From an uncultured Ignavibacteria bacterium (GTDB taxonomy: Bacteria; Zixibacteria; MSB-5A5; WJJR01; JAJRUJ01), in assembly GCA_964461835.1 (NCBI GenBank), contig CAYWVO010000015.1, positions 1,273 through 65,272 on the forward strand: a stretch of DNA of 64,000 nt. The letters run 5' to 3'. The notes under the pieces are model-generated. The model had not been told where the DNA came from and ran no database searches. It saw only the letters and a list, made by a program, of their open reading frames with translations. Every line of letters starts with the position of its first letter. Position 1 is the stretch's first letter. Of this stretch, positions 60,795-64,000 are shown piece by piece. Both the position numbers and the translations under genes were made by a program.

Positions 60795-60993
60795 TGTCAA
60801 TTTTTAGAATTTTGTCTAAATATCACCAAATCTTCGAGAGTTCCTGTCCAAAATTAGACAAATGAACCGAAAAAATGACGTTTATTACGGCAAATCGTTG
60901 GCCTTTCTACTCAAGTATGGGGGGTATTCAGCCGATAGAACTTTCTCTCACAGCATCGGCGGATTGGTCTACGCCACTGTCCAAAATTAGTCA
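60795..60993. promoter_or_regulatory. Repeated TGTC-N8-GACA-like boxes (candidate enhancer sites)
   Basis: TGTCCAAAATTAGACA (60845), TGTCCAAAATTAGTCA (60978), TGTCAATTTTTAGAAT (60795), TGTCTAAATATCACCA (60813). Confidence 0.55.
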
Positions 60994-61066
60994 CAGGAAG
61001 CGGGCGGCTGCTTGTGTTTGGTAAGTTATTTATGTACAATAAAATACAAGCAATCTCGTAAGTCCA

Positions 61067-62056
61067 TTACTCCAGAACAAAGGTCACTCGGTAGGAAACC
61101 CAGGTGATAATCGGATTCCCATCTGCGTCCTTGGCCGGCATGTAGCGATATTTGCTGGCTGCTTCGACCGCTGCCCGATCAAAATCATCGCGTCCGGACG
61201 ATTTCAAGACACACGCTTTCACCACCCGACCGTCATTGCCGACCAGGGCCCGCACCCACACCGTCCCCTCGGCGCCTGCTTTCTTGGCTTCAACGGGATA
61301 CGCTGGAGGCAAATCCTCGATCAATGATGGCATCTTTGAGACAGCTTTAAACTTATCCGGATCAGGCGATTGCACGACATCACAGGAAATATCCTTCTCG
61401 ATTGCCTTCTTCTTGACTGGCGGAAGACCCCGGCGATAGGACGCATCGGCAGATTTTTCCCGCTGGCTGCTCATCTCCGGCGCGGATAGCGATCCAGATT
61501 CAGCAGCTACATCGACTTTCGGCAGCACAATCGCAAAAATCGCCTCGCTCATTTCCTCGTCTGCAAATCGTCCCAGCACAACCGAGCGCTCCGGCAAGAC
61601 CGAGACATGGCTGGCCAGAAACTCCTTTTCGCCTCGATTGACCTTGACCATCATCTGCAATCTGCCATGAGAATTCCACGCGAAATCCTTGCAGGTGATA
61701 TTCCATAACATACCATCTTCCGGGTTTTGGGCATGAGCATGCCAGAGGCCGGCAGCATCCTGACGGGCGCGCACTGAGGAAACAGCCAAAACCTGGTACC
61801 GGGAAAACGCGTAGAGCGAACGCAGCTTATCCACGAACATTTCGGCATCGGTAATGGTCTCTTCCAGCACGGCCATTGACATGCGGGGAAATCCGGGAAA
61901 CGATAAAGCCGGCGCGCCGGCCGAGCCGGAGATAATATAGGTTTTGATCGTTACCAGGGCCTGCTCGGGGATCTCAGTCTGCTCAGCTTCCCCCCATGCA
62001 CTCGCGCTCCCCAGCAGTAGGATCACCATGATCGTTACATAGCGGACTGTTCGCAT
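61067..62056 (-). CDS. Exported protein with C-terminal TonB domain
   Basis: Cleavable-looking signal peptide; PAYP.EAK.AG.EG.V.V...V...G.V....VLKSSG...FD.AA.EA...Y.PA. Confidence 0.85.
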   Translation of the reverse strand: MRTVRYVTIMVILLLGSASAWGEAEQTEIPEQALVTIKTYIISGSAGAPALSFPGFPRMSMAVLEETITDAEMFVDKLRSLYAFSRYQVLAVSSVRARQDAAGLWHAHAQNPEDGMLWNITCKDFAWNSHGRLQMMVKVNRGEKEFLASHVSVLPERSVVLGRFADEEMSEAIFAIVLPKVDVAAESGSLSAPEMSSQREKSADASYRRGLPPVKKKAIEKDISCDVVQSPDPDKFKAVSKMPSLIEDLPPAYPVEAKKAGAEGTVWVRALVGNDGRVVKACVLKSSGRDDFDRAAVEAASKYRYMPAKDADGNPIITWVSYRVTFVLE

Positions 62057-62059
62057 CGC

Positions 62060-62572
62060 TTACTCCAACCAGAGAAATACCGTTTCGCCGTCGGGTGACG
62101 CTACGCCCATGACTCGGGCCGGTCGCTCACTAACCTCCGCCGAACTCACCACCACCGTCGAGGACTCATAGACCGGCGTCGCGGCAAAGGAATCCCGTTG
62201 CGTTCGCATTTGGGTCGTTACGGCCACATACATTGCCACGGTCAATGCTCCCGCAACCGCCAACACGCGGACCGGCTCCAAAGTCAGCCAGCGAAGAATA
62301 CCCGAGTGGGGCTTAGGTCGAATGCCTTCCCGCACCGCCGGCCAGACATCGAAGGTCTCGCTATGCGGGGGTACTTCCGCCCGCAACGCAGACTGCATTG
62401 CGGCCACGGCAGACTCAATCCGGGCATACGCTGCCTGGCATTCACGGCAGGTTTCCAGATGATGCCGGCAGTCAGCACCTTCCTCGAGCGAGAGGTCACC
62501 AGCGGCCAGCAAGTCAAACCGTTCCCGGACCTGCGCACAGGAGAGGCTAGTGCCCTTTGTGTTCTCGCTCAT
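62060..62572 (-). CDS. Zinc-binding (zf-HC2) anti-sigma factor
   Basis: C....HLETCREC (HxxxCxxC), one TM; overlaps the 3' end of the ECF sigma gene. Confidence 0.88.
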   Translation of the reverse strand: MSENTKGTSLSCAQVRERFDLLAAGDLSLEEGADCRHHLETCRECQAAYARIESAVAAMQSALRAEVPPHSETFDVWPAVREGIRPKPHSGILRWLTLEPVRVLAVAGALTVAMYVAVTTQMRTQRDSFAATPVYESSTVVVSSAEVSERPARVMGVASPDGETVFLWLE

Positions 62573-63110
62573 AAATCTCACGCAACTTTCGTCGTCCCCG
62601 CATTAAATGTACCCGGACTGTTGCCACCTGGATACCCAGTTGTTTGGCAATTGCCGGCATTTCCAGATTCTCGATATCCCGTAGCAAGATGCACACCCGT
62701 TGCATTTTCGAGAGTGTTCGCAAGGCCGGCCTGATCCAGGCGGTGTCCGGTGGCCCCTCGTCGAGTGCCTGCGGTTCGGCGATCGGTGGTTCCTGTTGAT
62801 AATGGTCGGTCAGACGCTGCAAGAGTCCGCCGTACCGCTTCCGACTGCGCAACCGGTCGCGCAGAGAATTGGCGAAAACCGTGTACAGCCAGCCGGAAAA
62901 TTTGGCGCGCGGTTCCCATTTGTGCAGCTTGGTGTAGGCGGTAAGAAATGTATCCTGAACCACGTCCTGCGCAAGCTGCCGGTCCCCCAACGCTCCCGCC
63001 GCTAACCGCAAAAACCGGGCTTGATAGCGCCGCACAATAATCCCGAATGCGTCGGTCTCTCCCGCCAAACATCGAACGACTACCTCTTCATCCGTCGAGG
63101 AACCATCCAT
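62547..63110 (-). CDS. ECF sigma-70 factor
   Basis: AF..IV.RY, AQDVVQDTFL.AY, FSGWLY...N...D, L...QR...LL..IE......IA..LGI...TV...L.RGR..LR. Confidence 0.93.
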   Translation of the reverse strand: MDGSSTDEEVVVRCLAGETDAFGIIVRRYQARFLRLAAGALGDRQLAQDVVQDTFLTAYTKLHKWEPRAKFSGWLYTVFANSLRDRLRSRKRYGGLLQRLTDHYQQEPPIAEPQALDEGPPDTAWIRPALRTLSKMQRVCILLRDIENLEMPAIAKQLGIQVATVRVHLMRGRRKLREIYEREHKGH

Positions 63111-63242
63111 ATGTCCCAAGATACACGTCGCGTCCCGACAGTCCAACCCATACTCTGCCATAGATGAAACGACTGATCAGGACTCGCGTTTACACAGTAG
63201 CAAGCCCGCTCGGTAACCGTATTTTCGCAGCCGCCACACATT

Positions 63243-63280
63243 AAAAAACCCGGTCACGGGCCAAGGTGCCCGGACCGGGT
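63243..63280 (-). terminator. Intrinsic terminator after csp
   Basis: Minus strand ACCCGGTC..GACCGGGT stem plus T-run. Confidence 0.8.
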
Positions 63281-63303
63281 AAGTCGTCGTTGTGAAAGTT
63301 TGT

Positions 63304-63504
63304 TTACAGCTTGCGCACGTTCGCGGCCTGTGGGCCTTTCGGTCCCTGCGTGACTTCAAATTCCACCTGGTCGCCTTCGGTCAAGGACTTATAGCCCTCG
63401 CCGAGGATCGCGGTGTGATGTACAAAGACATCGTCGCCGTCCTGGCGCGTGATGAAACCGAACCCCTTGCTGTCGTTAAACCACTTTACGGTACCTTCGA
63501 TCAT
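63304..63504 (-). CDS. Cold-shock protein (CspA family)
   Basis: [18 protein letters not shown]...DVFVHH.AI...GYKSL.EG..VEF...GPKGPQA.NV. Confidence 0.97.
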   Translation of the reverse strand: MIEGTVKWFNDSKGFGFITRQDGDDVFVHHTAILGEGYKSLTEGDQVEFEVTQGPKGPQAANVRKL

Positions 63505-63881
63505 GATTCTGTTCCTTTGTTCCTTTTGGAGCGAAACGGCGCTCCTCTTCCGTTGGCCGACATGGCCGTGAAACAGGTCGAGCTTTTCTTCGAAGTTCCG
63601 ATGGAAGGTGTTCCGTGCGGTCGTTCGCAAGCAGGCCGACTGTTCCATTTATTTACACTGGAAGTTACGGCATTTTCGCCGAATAGTTAAGTGATATTTG
63701 AAATAAAATTCACCTTTGGACAAAAAACTCCCTAATGCACCCTATCGATGATTTAACCAAATGGGAGATAATGAGTTACGAGGTTATTGCCACGGTATAT
63801 ACGGTGGGTGCGACACACACACCGTAGAAGTCGGTGGCCGCAACGGCAGTACCCGGTCATGGGAATCGCGAGTTCGGCATG

Positions 63882-64000
63882 TTACAGACGAATCAACAAG
63901 ATACCTAAGACGGCGGCGGCAACCTGCACCGCCCCGACCCGCACGAGTTTCCATCCCTGAAACGTGAAATAGTCTGAGGTCTTTTCCGCAATTTCGTCGG
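63882..64000 (-). CDS. C-terminal fragment of a probable membrane protein running off the window edge
   Basis: Open minus frame ...DEIAEKTSDYFTFQGWKLVRVGAVQVAAAVLGILLIRL*, ending in a hydrophobic helix. Confidence 0.5.
   Translation of the reverse strand, partial: DEIAEKTSDYFTFQGWKLVRVGAVQVAAAVLGILLIRL

Overview
A 64-kb window of a diderm bacterial chromosome, roughly 55-60% GC by eye. Two secreted proteins end in Cys-flanked dockerin-like tails, a PorV-family gene follows a protein with a FlgD/T9SS-type C-terminal domain, and the order ispE-spoVG-tRNA-prs-rplY is present. Together these suggest an FCB-group lineage such as Zixibacteria (inference only). Most genes are housekeeping: ispE, spoVG, prs, rplY, thiL, gmd, rsmA, tatD, panC/panD, rsfS, rho, ftsEX-envC, holB, csp, tRNA-Gln and tRNA-Glu. 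Cell-envelope and signalling genes are interspersed. I saw no transposase, integrase, phage gene or CRISPR array. The most notable signals are ones the ORF track does not show: (1) a ~340-nt structured rplY leader ending in a circularly permuted 5S rRNA loop E mimic that abuts the ribosome-binding site; (2) an unannotated 56-aa stand-alone HTH gene with a sigma-54-type promoter and TGTC-N8-GACA upstream boxes, next to a CxxCH-containing histidine kinase and a sigma-54 activator; (3) a ~3,660-aa acidic, Cys-rich T9SS-type cargo protein with an adjacent PorV-family gene and a ~670-nt ANGGA-rich structured leader; (4) a probable AUU start codon for rsfS; (5) catalytically degenerate PanD, FtsE, Tag-like and FHA proteins; (6) a 29-aa membrane peptide. 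All calls come from reading motifs by eye; no database search was run.
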